A stretch of DNA of 64,000 nt from Candidatus Algichlamydia australiensis (GCA_033977065.1 JAXCHI010000003.1:32001-96000), one strand, 5' to 3'; counted from the stretch's first letter, positions 11,041-21,111 are shown. Notes: generated by a model not told the origin, from the letters alone. Numbers and translations: made by a program.

Positions 11041-11763
11041 ATGTCTGCAATTGAAGGAACTAAAACAGGGTGTGCCATAGAATGTGAAGCTATAGATAGT
11101 AACTATCAAAAGCTTTTAGTTTTAATGAGTGCAGTTAATTTTGTTGCAGGTGGCTTTTTTACTGTAATAGGCTGCATTCGCAAAGATAAAAGAATTCTCC
11201 TTGGTGCATTCTTATTAATAAACTCCATCGTTATCTATTCTTATTCGAGAACAAACAAGGTTATAGAAGGTATAATCGAAGATGACCAACATCGACAAGC
11301 TATCGGAGAAAGCGAAGAAAAACGCAGAGAGGCTATTGATCGCCTGGAGAGAATTTCTTCTAATATGAGCAATACGGCAGATACCATGCATAGGTTCAAG
11401 AAGGAGGTTGTTGGAAAGACTGAACAACTCCAAAAAGTTACGCAAGCTTCTACCAATATAGGTGAGGCAAGCAAATCACTCTTCAAAATAAGCGAAAAAC
11501 TTGATGAATTGATTGCAGCCAAGAAAGAATCTGTTGAAGCTCTAGAAAAAATTATTGAGAATCTCGATGCACAGCTGCCTCTCAAAACCAATGAGGAGAT
11601 TGAGTCAGATCCTCTTTGGATACAAATTAAAGAGTTAAATAGAAGGATTAGCAACGAACCGGATCCAAAAGAAAAGCTAAGGCTAGAGTTTGAGCGGCTT
11701 GCTTTAAAAGATCAGGTTATCGCTAGGAGAACGAGCCAAATCCCACAAGAAACAACTGACTAA
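11041..11763 (+). CDS. Inc-like protein, paralog B
   Basis: Colinear with 9881..10606 (VNFVxGGFF, AIGESEEKRxEAI, DPxW...LELEFE). Confidence 0.75.
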   Translation: MSAIEGTKTGCAIECEAIDSNYQKLLVLMSAVNFVAGGFFTVIGCIRKDKRILLGAFLLINSIVIYSYSRTNKVIEGIIEDDQHRQAIGESEEKRREAIDRLERISSNMSNTADTMHRFKKEVVGKTEQLQKVTQASTNIGEASKSLFKISEKLDELIAAKKESVEALEKIIENLDAQLPLKTNEEIESDPLWIQIKELNRRISNEPDPKEKLRLEFERLALKDQVIARRTSQIPQETTD

Positions 11764-11775
11764 TCAAAAAACGGG

Positions 11776-12594
11776 TCAATCGAGACCATCACCGAGGTCA
11801 TCGCCTTTATGATAGGAGCCTTTGATATTTTTCCTCTGCATCTCCCTTGCATGGCGCAAGATTTTTACGCCCATCTCCACATGGTCAGGCATAAAATTTT
11901 CGTAAACGAACTCGGATGTGCGCTTTGTTTTGACCTGTGCAAGCGGTAGGTCCGAGATAAGTAGAAGCGCGCCAAGAGTAAATTTGCGCTTGTAGCTTGC
12001 AGTGAAAAGCGTTGCACACTCAAGTTCAATTGCTTGCGCGCGTGTTGCTTTCAAGCGATCTTTGAACTCTTCGTTATACTCCCAAAAGCGCTTGTTTGTT
12101 GTGAATGTCAACCCAATATGATAATTGCGCGCCTCTTCTTGCAGCACCTCTGTTACGGCTTTTTGCATCAAAAAGTTTCCAAGAGCGGGTACTTCAGGAG
12201 GAAAGTAGAAGTCCGAAGTCCCTTCTGCACGAATACTTGCCACAGGAACAAGATATTCGCCAATTTGATAGCGGCGGCGCAATCCGCCACACATGCCTAG
12301 CATCAAAGCAGTTTTTACAGGTAAAAACCCACACAGATCAATAACAAGTGCTGCAGCTGGCGAGCCAATCTTAAAATCGAGAATCGAGACATCCTCTTTT
12401 TCACAGTGCGCCACTTTAAACATCGAACCTTCAATGAGCTCGATATTCCTCGTTTTGGCGTAGTGCTCAACATAACGAGGGAAATTCGTAAGCAAAAGGC
12501 TGGAGCAAAAAGCTTCAGGCGGACAACCGGCATACCGCTCTAATGTATCTCGAGCAAATTGTTCTTCTTGCACCACATCTTCTTCAAACATCAT
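11776..12594 (-). CDS. amn: AMP nucleosidase
   Basis: LLTNF, FKIGSPAAAL, LGMCGGL, IELECATLF, LLLISDLP motifs; amn-efp synteny as in Chlamydia. Confidence 0.9.
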   Translation of the reverse strand: MMFEEDVVQEEQFARDTLERYAGCPPEAFCSSLLLTNFPRYVEHYAKTRNIELIEGSMFKVAHCEKEDVSILDFKIGSPAAALVIDLCGFLPVKTALMLGMCGGLRRRYQIGEYLVPVASIRAEGTSDFYFPPEVPALGNFLMQKAVTEVLQEEARNYHIGLTFTTNKRFWEYNEEFKDRLKATRAQAIELECATLFTASYKRKFTLGALLLISDLPLAQVKTKRTSEFVYENFMPDHVEMGVKILRHAREMQRKNIKGSYHKGDDLGDGLD

Positions 12595-12712
12595 AGAAAA
12601 CACTCTCCCAATTCCCCAATACCCGATCTCACAAAAAAAAAATACGGAAAACCTTTTGATTAAAATTACGTAAAGATTTAAGTTAAGTTAGAAAATATTT
12701 TGGGAGGTAGAT

Positions 12713-13699
12713 ATGAGCTCAAGTTTGGGAATAATGGCAGTAAGAATGGCTGCTGAAAATGCAACTTCATTAGGAGGACAAACTCTCTCTTATGCAGCAA
12801 GCTCTGCCAAAGATAAAATTTCTGAAAAGGAATGGTCAAAAGGTGACTTCATTTTCCTGGGGTTTACTGCAACATTCGCATATAGGGCATATATTTCTGA
12901 AAAACGTACAGATAAAGCATATTGGGTAACTGCTGCTGTTGCTACACTATATATTTGGAGCAAATATGAATGGGGAAACCAACTGAAGCAGATGAAGGAA
13001 AACATAGCAGAGCAAAAAGAGCAACTAGAATGTCAGAAAACAATAACCCAAAATTTGAAGAATCACCAACGCGTTTCAGAAATACAGCTGAAAGCTCGAG
13101 AACAGCTACAAAAAGAGGCCATCTCAGGCCGTGAAGCCGAAGCTAAAGCCCGCAAAGAAGAAGCCGAACGTAACGTTAAGCTTAATAATCAACTTCGAGA
13201 ATCTCAAGAACAGTCCGTTGAACTTAGTAATCAACTTCGAGAATCTCAAGAACGGTCTGCTGAACTTAATAACAGCCTGGAAGAAGCAATCACACGACTT
13301 AACAAAGGGGCCGTTCTTCAAAAAATACGAGAAAGAGGCTTGGTCATTGAATATGACGAAAGAGTTGAAACCTTAGTCGGAGTCACAAATGCATTCCAAT
13401 CACAACTAGCTTCAACGGGAGAAAATATACTAGAATTCATAGTTAGAAATAATAATGTTCTAAAAGAAATTGAAACCGTCACAGCTAATGCTCAGAAAAT
13501 TCAAAATCAGACCCTGAAAATTGGTGATCTTTCGAATGAAGAAACGATATTAGTAATAAATGTAGTTTTCCGATCAAGAGGTATTGAGTTATCCGAAGAT
13601 GATTGTAGAAAAATGTTTATTAAAGCAGCAACAACTTATTCTTCAAAAAAAATCAGCCATTCAAATAATCACGAGAAAAGGATGGAAGGAGAAGTCTAG
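12713..13699 (+). CDS. Inc-like membrane/coiled-coil hypothetical protein
   Basis: Two adjacent TM segments near residues 45-82, long coiled coil, GGAGG RBS. Confidence 0.7.
   Translation: MSSSLGIMAVRMAAENATSLGGQTLSYAASSAKDKISEKEWSKGDFIFLGFTATFAYRAYISEKRTDKAYWVTAAVATLYIWSKYEWGNQLKQMKENIAEQKEQLECQKTITQNLKNHQRVSEIQLKAREQLQKEAISGREAEAKARKEEAERNVKLNNQLRESQEQSVELSNQLRESQERSAELNNSLEEAITRLNKGAVLQKIRERGLVIEYDERVETLVGVTNAFQSQLASTGENILEFIVRNNNVLKEIETVTANAQKIQNQTLKIGDLSNEETILVINVVFRSRGIELSEDDCRKMFIKAATTYSSKKISHSNNHEKRMEGEV
13181..13270 (+). repeat. 42-bp tandem repeat (about 2 copies) inside the 12713 ORF
   Basis: CTTA(A/G)TAATCAACTTCGAGAATCTCAAGAAC.GTC.G.TGAA twice, encoding LNNQLRESQEQSVE and LSNQLRESQERSAE. 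Confidence 0.85.
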
Positions 13700-13755
13700 A
13701 AGGAATTGCTTATCAGGCTCTCTCTGTGATATGATCGTTTGAAAAAAGGGTTTAT

Positions 13756-14325
13756 ATGGCGTCTGTTGGTACGAATGATTTGAAGTCGGGAATGAAGGTC
13801 AAAATTGATAACGCTCCCTACGGTATTGTGAGCTGCGAGTTTGTTAAACCTGGTAAAGGTCAGGCTTTTGCTAGGGTAAAAGTAAAAAATTACCTTACTG
13901 GGCGCGTTTTAGAGAAAACGTTTAAGTCTAATGAAAAATTAGATTTGGCTGATGTTGATGAGAAGAGTATGCGCTTGCTCTACACTGAACAGGATAGCGC
14001 TGTCTTTATGGATGATAAGACTTTTGATCAAATCGATGTTCCTTTTACAAGTTTAGGCGAGAGTCAGAAGTGGCTGATGGAAGATACGGTCTATGATGTG
14101 ATTCTCTATGAGGGTCGGGTCATTGATGTGCAAGCGCCAACGTTTATGGAGCTTGTAATCACAGAGACTGCTCCGGGCGTGCGGGGCGACACGGCATCAG
14201 GCCGTGTGATGAAACCTGCTAAGGTCGAGACGGGCGCTGAGGTGCAGGTGCCAATTTTCGTCAATGAGGGCGAAAAGATTAAGGTCGATACCCGCACGGG
14301 AAAGTATGACTCACGCGTCACGTAG
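13756..14325 (+). CDS. efp: Elongation factor P
   Basis: KPGKG loop, PGVRGDTA, VQVPIFV motifs. Confidence 0.97.
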   Translation: MASVGTNDLKSGMKVKIDNAPYGIVSCEFVKPGKGQAFARVKVKNYLTGRVLEKTFKSNEKLDLADVDEKSMRLLYTEQDSAVFMDDKTFDQIDVPFTSLGESQKWLMEDTVYDVILYEGRVIDVQAPTFMELVITETAPGVRGDTASGRVMKPAKVETGAEVQVPIFVNEGEKIKVDTRTGKYDSRVT

Positions 14326-15202
14326 CTCTTCGCTCCTTTATAAACGAGCGGAGATGTTTCAGGCTGTAAGACGCTTTTTTGAGGAGCGTTCTGTTCTTGA
14401 GGTTGATGTTCCCTCTCTTGTGCGCGCTCCGATTGTCGATTTGCACATTGATCCGATGCGGGTTGGGTCTGAATTTTTGATCACTTCTCCTGAATCGGGC
14501 ATGAAACAACTTTTGGCTAAAGGTTCGGGCGATATTTATCAGATAGCCCATGTCTTCCGTGCAGGAGAAAAGGGTAAGCTTCACAATCCAGAATTCACGA
14601 TGGTAGAGTGGTACCGTGTCGGAATGGGATTTGAACCATTTATTGATGAGACGGTGCAATTCATTTCCCTTTTTGTTGGTCAAGCTCCGCGAGTTTTTTT
14701 CTCTTTCCAAGAGGCTTTTTTGCACTTTTTGCGTATCGATCCTTTTGAAGCAAAGGATGAGGAGCTACGCGCTTTAGCTGAGTTACCTGAAGATTGGGAC
14801 CGCGAGACGATTTTACACTACTTAATGGGTTTTGTTATTGAGCCAAAATTTGATCCTGAAATTTTTACTGTAGTTACGGATTTTCCTGAGAGTGAGGCAG
14901 CTCTTGCTAAGATTGAGAATGGCAGAGCTAAGCGTTTCGAGGTCTACTTCGGTGGGTTTGAGCTCGCTAATGGGTATGATGAGCTAGATGATGCAGCTGA
15001 GTTGCGCAGTCGTTTTGTAGAGGCTAATCGGAAGCGCGTGCAGCATGGGAAAGAGGTACTTCCTCTTGATGAAGAGTTATTGGCTGCAATGGAAAAGGGT
15101 TTCCCAGAGTGCTGCGGTGTGGCGGTTGGGTTTGACCGTCTGCTCATGCTAAAGCTAGGAGCAGATTCGATTGCTCACATCCAACCCTGCACAATGGGAT
15201 AG
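14306..15202 (+). CDS. epmA: EF-P lysine aminoacylase EpmA/GenX
   Basis: LITSPE, FRAGE..HNPEFTMVEWY, ELANGY, GVAVGFDRL; follows efp. Confidence 0.92.
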   Translation: MTHASRSSSLLYKRAEMFQAVRRFFEERSVLEVDVPSLVRAPIVDLHIDPMRVGSEFLITSPESGMKQLLAKGSGDIYQIAHVFRAGEKGKLHNPEFTMVEWYRVGMGFEPFIDETVQFISLFVGQAPRVFFSFQEAFLHFLRIDPFEAKDEELRALAELPEDWDRETILHYLMGFVIEPKFDPEIFTVVTDFPESEAALAKIENGRAKRFEVYFGGFELANGYDELDDAAELRSRFVEANRKRVQHGKEVLPLDEELLAAMEKGFPECCGVAVGFDRLLMLKLGADSIAHIQPCTMG

Positions 15203-15203
15203 C
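15174..15203 (-). repeat. Duplicate of the nadE 3' end (encodes YPIVQGWM-stop) overlapping the epmA end
   Basis: ctcacatccaaccctgcacaatgggatagc vs 15447-15476 ctcacatccacccttgcacaataggatagc; 3 differences, all synonymous in the nadE frame. Confidence 0.85.
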
Positions 15204-15310
15204 CCAATCCCGAGACTTTGACGTCCAACGATTTTACTAGTGATAAACCTTTATTAAAACTTTCTATATTCATATTTAAGTGATTTGAATTTAGTTGTTT
15301 AAAAGCCAAG

Positions 15311-15408
15311 AAAAAGTATCCGCTGGCTATAAATTCCTATATTCAGCGGATAAAACACAAAAACAAAAAGTATCCGCCAGGTATAAATTTCTATAGCTGG
15401 CGGATACT
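15311..15408. repeat. Two tandem REP-like hairpins, 54-bp period
   Basis: AAAAAGTATCCGC...GCGGATA at 15311 and 15365. Confidence 0.8.
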
Positions 15409-15447
15409 CAAGAAGGTTAAAAATACCGATTTACTTGGGCTGCCTAC

Positions 15448-17082
15448 TCACATCCACCCTTGCACAATAGGATAGCGCCGGCCCACTCCAAAGGATTTAC
15501 GTGTCACACGCAAGATTGGCGGACCTTGTCGTCGTTTGTACTCCGCGCGATGAATGCGTTGCACAAGGTTCATTACGGTTTCAAGCGGAATTTTATACTT
15601 ACTCGAGATTTCATCTAAAGAGAGATATTCTTCAACATAGCCTTGCAACACTGCATCAACAATGCCGTAATCTGGGAGGCTATCAAGATCTTTTTGGTCT
15701 GGTCGCAGTTCAGCACTCGGAGGACGGTCTATGATATTTTGAGGAATAATTTCTCCGTTGCGGTTGATGTAGCGACAAAGTTTGTAAACTTTTGTCTTGA
15801 TTACATCTCCAATCACGCCAAGCCCTCCGCACATATCTCCGTAGAGTGTGGAGTAACCTAGTGCTGTCTCACTCTTATTCCCTGTACTTAAGACTATGTG
15901 CCCATTTTTATTGGAGTAGGCCATGATGATGAGGCCTCGGATGCGCGCCTGCATATTTTCTTCGGTTACATCTGTGGGCTTATCACCAAAGTGTGGTTTG
16001 AGCAGATCCAAAAATGTAGTAAAGGGCTTTTCAATCGGGATCTCAATGGTCTCTACTCCCAGGTTTTTTGCTAAAGAGATGGAGTCTGTCACGCTCTCTT
16101 TGCTCGAATAGCGGGATGGCAGCATGATTCCCAATACGTTTTCAGGTCCTAAAGCGTCTTTTGCAATGCAAATTACAAGTGCTGAATCAATTCCTCCTGA
16201 GAGTCCCAAGCACGCTTTGGTAAATCCTTGTTTGTGGAAGTAGTCGCGCACTCCCATCACGAGGCTCTGATAAAGATCTTCTAACACATCATATTCGAAA
16301 GGACAGGTGCATGTTGGTGCATCAACGTCGATGATCATGACGTCTTCTTCGAATCCTTTTGCAAGCTGCCGCAATGTTCCATCAGCATTTACGCATACGC
16401 TATACCCATCAAAAAGAATTTGATCATTGCCCCCTACTTGGCAGCAGAGAATAACGGGACAGTTTAAGGTTTTAGCTGCCTTGGCGCAGACTTCTACACG
16501 TGTGTCAGGTTTTTGATACTGATAGGGCGAGGCTGAAAGGTTAAGAAGAAGGTCGATCCCCTCTTTTTTGAGCTCTTCAACTGGGTCGCGTTTGTACTGC
16601 GCGGGACCTGTTTTGCCTGCATGCTGCCAGATATCTTCACAGATAATAACGCCTACTCGCTTGCCGTTCACTTCGGTAATACAGAGCTCTTTTCCTGGGT
16701 CAAAGTAGCGTCTCTCAGTAAAAACGTCGTAGGTAGGTAAAAGCCACTTATCATAAAACCCTTTGAGTTTTCCATTGGAGATGATGGCGCAGCTATTGCA
16801 AAGTCCGTTGGTTCCATCGTTTGTATTGCGACGCACAAGACCTACAAAAACAGTGAGATTGTGAGAATTTTTTACAATTTTTTCTAGGTGCTCATACATG
16901 CTATCGATAAAGCTGTGGTGATAGAGCAAATCTTCTGGCATGTAGCCACAGATTGTCATCTCAGGAAAGATGATAATTTCTGATCCAGAGGTGCGTGCGC
17001 GATCCATATCACGCAAAACTTTTTCTGTGTTCTGATCAAGATCCCCAATTTTGAGGTTAAGTTGCGATACAAATATTTTCAC
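15448..17082 (-). CDS. nadE: Glutamine-dependent NAD+ synthetase
   Basis: Nitrilase domain (FPE, ICEDIW) plus synthetase domain (GLSGGIDS, TGNKSE, PPSAEL, EYKRRQ). Confidence 0.95.
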   Translation of the reverse strand: MKIFVSQLNLKIGDLDQNTEKVLRDMDRARTSGSEIIIFPEMTICGYMPEDLLYHHSFIDSMYEHLEKIVKNSHNLTVFVGLVRRNTNDGTNGLCNSCAIISNGKLKGFYDKWLLPTYDVFTERRYFDPGKELCITEVNGKRVGVIICEDIWQHAGKTGPAQYKRDPVEELKKEGIDLLLNLSASPYQYQKPDTRVEVCAKAAKTLNCPVILCCQVGGNDQILFDGYSVCVNADGTLRQLAKGFEEDVMIIDVDAPTCTCPFEYDVLEDLYQSLVMGVRDYFHKQGFTKACLGLSGGIDSALVICIAKDALGPENVLGIMLPSRYSSKESVTDSISLAKNLGVETIEIPIEKPFTTFLDLLKPHFGDKPTDVTEENMQARIRGLIIMAYSNKNGHIVLSTGNKSETALGYSTLYGDMCGGLGVIGDVIKTKVYKLCRYINRNGEIIPQNIIDRPPSAELRPDQKDLDSLPDYGIVDAVLQGYVEEYLSLDEISSKYKIPLETVMNLVQRIHRAEYKRRQGPPILRVTRKSFGVGRRYPIVQGWM

Positions 17083-17207
17083 GAGATTATTCCATTATTG
17101 TTGCTTATAAAGTTTTTCATGATTTTCTGTTCATTTTTTCTCAATTTTTGAGGTAAACTTTAAAAAGTTGGCCGAAAAAATTGGAAGCATAAGATAATGG
17201 TGTAGTC

Positions 17208-18470
17208 TCAAGATCCAAAGTCATCCAATACAATATTTTCTCTCTCAACTCCGTAGTTGTCGAGAAGTTTCATCACACTCTGATTATGCATGGGAGGACC
17301 GCAAACATAATAGAGGCAATTTTCCGGTTCATTCATTTTTTCTAACTGTCCTATCTCAAACGCCTTGAAGAGAAAACCTGTTTGCTCAGGATCGTCTACT
17401 GGCCAGCCGCCTGCTTTATCTTCATCTGTTGGCTCTGAAAGAACAAGACGGTAAGAGAAGTTCTCATGTTCTGCGTCGAGTGCTCGAAATTCCTCTTCGT
17501 AAATGTTTTCTTTGATGGAGCGCGCTCCATACCAGAGTGTGACTTTGCGCTTTGTCTTTTTGTTATGAAAAAGATCAAGAATATGACTACGCCCAAATGA
17601 TGATCCCGCTCCTCCTATAAGAAAGATCAGCTCTCTATCATCGTGTATCATATGCGATTCGCCAAAAGGACCGGATAAGCGTACTTCATCTCCCGGTTTG
17701 AGAGAAAATGTATAGGAGGAGCAAATTCCCCAAGGAACATTTTTTGCAGGCGGTGTTGCGATGCGAATATTAAATTTTAGATGCTCTTCGCCCGGGTAAG
17801 AGGCCATTGAGTAGGCTCGGATTACTTCTTCATCAAAGGATCCAAAATCAATTTTTGTATCAAAAAGCTGAAACTTCTCCCAATCAGCAAAGTACTTCTC
17901 TTCCATTGTCCCCTTCCACTCCGAGGTGTTGGTGACAAAAGGTGGCACATGAAACTGGAGGTAATCCCCTGGTTGGTAACTTTCGATCGCGTCTTTGGGA
18001 ATTTCGATGATCAGCTCTTTTATGAATGTGGCCACGTTTTGATTGGAGACAACTTTTCCTTTAAACTCCTTCAAGGTCAAAAGAGATTCTGGAATCTTGA
18101 GTTCCATGTCCTCTTTGACTTTGCATTGGCATGAGAGCCGCCACCCCTCTTTTAGCTGATGATAGCTAAAAGTGGCCTTATCTGTTTCTAAAATATCGTT
18201 ACTGCTGTTGACTATCTGAACTTTGCACTGTTTGCATGTCGCCTTGCCCCCACAAGGAGACGGCACTGCGATGCCTTGCGACAAGAGTGCTGAAAGCAGC
18301 GTCTGTCCTGCTGACACCTCTTTTGTAAGCTCCTCATCCTCATTAATCTTTAACTTGCAGGGTTTTGTCGATACAAGATAGCGTCTTACACCCAAGATCA
18401 TAAAGGAGAGTATGAGGCCAATGCCCACAAAACTGAGCGAACTAATAAGGAGTAGTATCAGGTCCATCAC
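17208..18470 (-). CDS. nqrF: Na+-translocating NADH:quinone reductase subunit F
   Basis: CGGKATCKQC 2Fe-2S motif, RAYSMASY, GGAG, YVCGPP, DDFG. Confidence 0.96.
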   Translation of the reverse strand: MMDLILLLISSLSFVGIGLILSFMILGVRRYLVSTKPCKLKINEDEELTKEVSAGQTLLSALLSQGIAVPSPCGGKATCKQCKVQIVNSSNDILETDKATFSYHQLKEGWRLSCQCKVKEDMELKIPESLLTLKEFKGKVVSNQNVATFIKELIIEIPKDAIESYQPGDYLQFHVPPFVTNTSEWKGTMEEKYFADWEKFQLFDTKIDFGSFDEEVIRAYSMASYPGEEHLKFNIRIATPPAKNVPWGICSSYTFSLKPGDEVRLSGPFGESHMIHDDRELIFLIGGAGSSFGRSHILDLFHNKKTKRKVTLWYGARSIKENIYEEEFRALDAEHENFSYRLVLSEPTDEDKAGGWPVDDPEQTGFLFKAFEIGQLEKMNEPENCLYYVCGPPMHNQSVMKLLDNYGVERENIVLDDFGS

Positions 18471-18670
18471 TCTCTAATAAAGCATTTGCTAGATAGAGAA
18501 CAACACACTATTTCGATTTAAATATTCATCATGGTAAATCATTGTGAAAAACAATTGCTTTTTTTCTAAACAGTATTGACGTTAAATCTTCCAACCTGGC
18601 AGAATCCTAAAGAAAAAGATTTCTTAACACAAATAGCAGGAAATCTTAATATACCAGGGGGGGGGGATTT

Positions 18671-20164
18671 ATGAGTGTTCAAATTAGAGCTTTTGGCCCA
18701 CAAGAAAGGGTCGATGTGTTGCGGACAGCTTTTCCAAAGTCTAGAGAATTGAGCCAGGGAGTCAGTGCAATCAACCTAGCCGACGACTGGCTTAGCAACC
18801 CCGACAAGTACGACCCTAACGATCACATACATGTTTGTATTGGTGAATCTTATACCGGTTGTATCTTGCAATCATTAATGCGAAGACCAGTAAAGCACTC
18901 TAGTTGCGGTAATAGATTTGAGCATGCTTTTTTAAAACGAGCTCTTGATACTGATCGCAGAAAATTATGCCCCATGTGTCGGACACCCATAACAAGCATG
19001 CCCGATGTTGATGTCCAACTCCAAGGAGAAATTGCTCAATTCTCTACAAAGCTCCTCAGAAGAGTGTATGCTTACATCGAAGCACTTGAAGAACAAAGAC
19101 AGGAAGAACGCCCTGAATGGCGAGCTGCACAACTCCAAATACAGCCTCTAAGGCTGAGAAGAGCTCGGGTAAACCCTCAAGCAGAGGCTATAGCAGCCTT
19201 GTATCGGGAAGTGATAGATGAGATTTTGGAAGAAAATCCCTTCCCAACAGAATTTGAAGAGAGAGATCTTAATAGTAAAATATTCGTTATTGATGACTTA
19301 AACCGAACAGACTGGGGCAAAATTCGCAAATTTTCTATTGCCGGCTTTGTAGGAGGAGCCGCTTTGGGCGGAGCAGCAGCCTGTTACTTTTATCCCCCTT
19401 CAACACCAAAATGTGCTGCAAAAGGAGCAGCTGTAGGCGCTATTGCGGGTGGTGCTGCGGGTGCTGGGTATGCAAAGCACTTAGACTACCAAAACAGACG
19501 ATCTCTAAGAAAAGAACATGCAAGACTATTAAACGAATTACTGAGTGGGGAGTTTCATAACATCCAATACAGCTTGAAACAAGAGCTTGAAACAAACAGA
19601 GGTCTAATCAGAAGGTTTATTACCGACAACCCGCAAGTTTTAAACCTTTTAATCGACGATTCTAAGCGAGACAGAAATAAAGAGTTGCAAGTTTTGTTTG
19701 CTGGCTTCCAAAAATATGTTGTTTCCTTGTTTAGCGGAGATACAGACATTGAAATACTTCCTAATTCACAATCTATAGACCAAAGAGTTCCAATAAGCCG
19801 CGAACAGATAGAAAATAATTTCGATATATTTCGTCTAAACACATCCCTTCTTATTATGTATGTTTATAAGCGATTTTTACTTTCTAAACTGGGTGTAAGA
19901 AATGAACTCGAGATAAACATAGCTGATATTGAACGTGAAACACAAGGTATTTCCAGCAGGTATCGTAGTAAAGTTGTCTCCTTAGGAAAAGTCCACTTTT
20001 GCAATCGTGTTCTTGCAAAAATCTCTAGCATATTTGTCAATCACTTTAAAGAGGAAGCACGCGAGCTCCAAGGGGAGGAGCGTGACCTTAAAAAAGGAAG
20101 AGTTAGCTTGTGGGAAAACTTCCTTGATAAAATCATTGATCGAAACCCAATTAACGGCTTTTAA
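18671..20164 (+). CDS. U-box/RING-like domain protein with glycine-zipper hydrophobic hairpin, putative effector E3 ligase
   Basis: CILQSLMRRPVKHSSCGNRFE...CPMCRTPI; GGAALGGAA...GAAVGAIAGGAAG. Confidence 0.7.
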   Translation: MSVQIRAFGPQERVDVLRTAFPKSRELSQGVSAINLADDWLSNPDKYDPNDHIHVCIGESYTGCILQSLMRRPVKHSSCGNRFEHAFLKRALDTDRRKLCPMCRTPITSMPDVDVQLQGEIAQFSTKLLRRVYAYIEALEEQRQEERPEWRAAQLQIQPLRLRRARVNPQAEAIAALYREVIDEILEENPFPTEFEERDLNSKIFVIDDLNRTDWGKIRKFSIAGFVGGAALGGAAACYFYPPSTPKCAAKGAAVGAIAGGAAGAGYAKHLDYQNRRSLRKEHARLLNELLSGEFHNIQYSLKQELETNRGLIRRFITDNPQVLNLLIDDSKRDRNKELQVLFAGFQKYVVSLFSGDTDIEILPNSQSIDQRVPISREQIENNFDIFRLNTSLLIMYVYKRFLLSKLGVRNELEINIADIERETQGISSRYRSKVVSLGKVHFCNRVLAKISSIFVNHFKEEARELQGEERDLKKGRVSLWENFLDKIIDRNPINGF

Positions 20165-20176
20165 AAGAGGTAAAGT

Positions 20177-21082
20177 ATGAATGCATCATTTAGCATAGCT
20201 CTGAATAGTTTTTTTGATTCGATAGCACCAACTGATTTCCATAGGTTGAATGAAGAGAATCGACAAATCGAAACCAGGGTCCTTAAACGGACCCCACCAA
20301 AAACAGCATGGCAGCTCCACGAAAAGGACATTACGCTTCTAGCGCGTGAGCTTCCCCTCTACCTTTTCCGGTTTTTTTTCTCCAGAGGCCTCGATCAGAA
20401 ACGCATCGATTTTGTTAGAGAGCACGCTTATCCTGTTGAGCATAACCAAACACGAAATGATAGGGGAAACAATACCACTTTGTATGGTAGATCAGTTGAG
20501 TCTTACTTTTTAGATACCAGGCACATCAATAATGACGACTATGACCCTCAAAAGATAAAAACTGCTATTGAAACTCTTTTCACACAGAATCCTTCTTTAT
20601 CTTTACATATTTCTGATGATGTATCCAAAGAAAACCTTCTTGTAATGCGGGTCTTTGAACGAAAGATGACTCCATGCATGAAAGATGATGTAGCAGGTAT
20701 AAAACCATTTACTCGCGAGCAAGAACGTTCTGTAGATATAGCTTGGACCACCGCTGTTGTTAACTATCCTAAAACCCTTGACGACTTACCTCCGGGCCCT
20801 GGAACGTCCGCACTTGGAGTGCACGTTGAAAGCGCAAAAACTTCCCTTGATGAGAAATCTTTAGCACATAAAAAAAGACTCACTGAAGTAAAAGAAGAAA
20901 TGCTCTCTGTTATTGATGATGTTATCGCTGGCAGAAAAGACCTCAGAGCCTTCACTTATGAGTCTTCCTATGAGTGGGCTTTTTGGAAAAGGCGCTCTGT
21001 CACTCAACTTTTTGCTTCCTCTTCTACTCTTGCCATTTCTGCTGCCATTTTTGTGTTACATAAGTTCATTTATCAAAGCTAG
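20177..21082 (+). CDS. Hypothetical protein with C-terminal hydrophobic anchor
   Basis: 301-aa ORF, GAGG RBS, 12 bp after the U-box gene. Confidence 0.7.
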   Translation: MNASFSIALNSFFDSIAPTDFHRLNEENRQIETRVLKRTPPKTAWQLHEKDITLLARELPLYLFRFFFSRGLDQKRIDFVREHAYPVEHNQTRNDRGNNTTLYGRSVESYFLDTRHINNDDYDPQKIKTAIETLFTQNPSLSLHISDDVSKENLLVMRVFERKMTPCMKDDVAGIKPFTREQERSVDIAWTTAVVNYPKTLDDLPPGPGTSALGVHVESAKTSLDEKSLAHKKRLTEVKEEMLSVIDDVIAGRKDLRAFTYESSYEWAFWKRRSVTQLFASSSTLAISAAIFVLHKFIYQS

Positions 21083-21111
21083 TTTTTCAAAAAAACTACA
21101 TCCACAAAACA

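Noticed and set aside
15311..15408. Mini-CRISPR interpretation of the hairpin doublets (also 21556-21645)
   Set aside because: Only two imperfect units, spacers too short, no cas genes in the window
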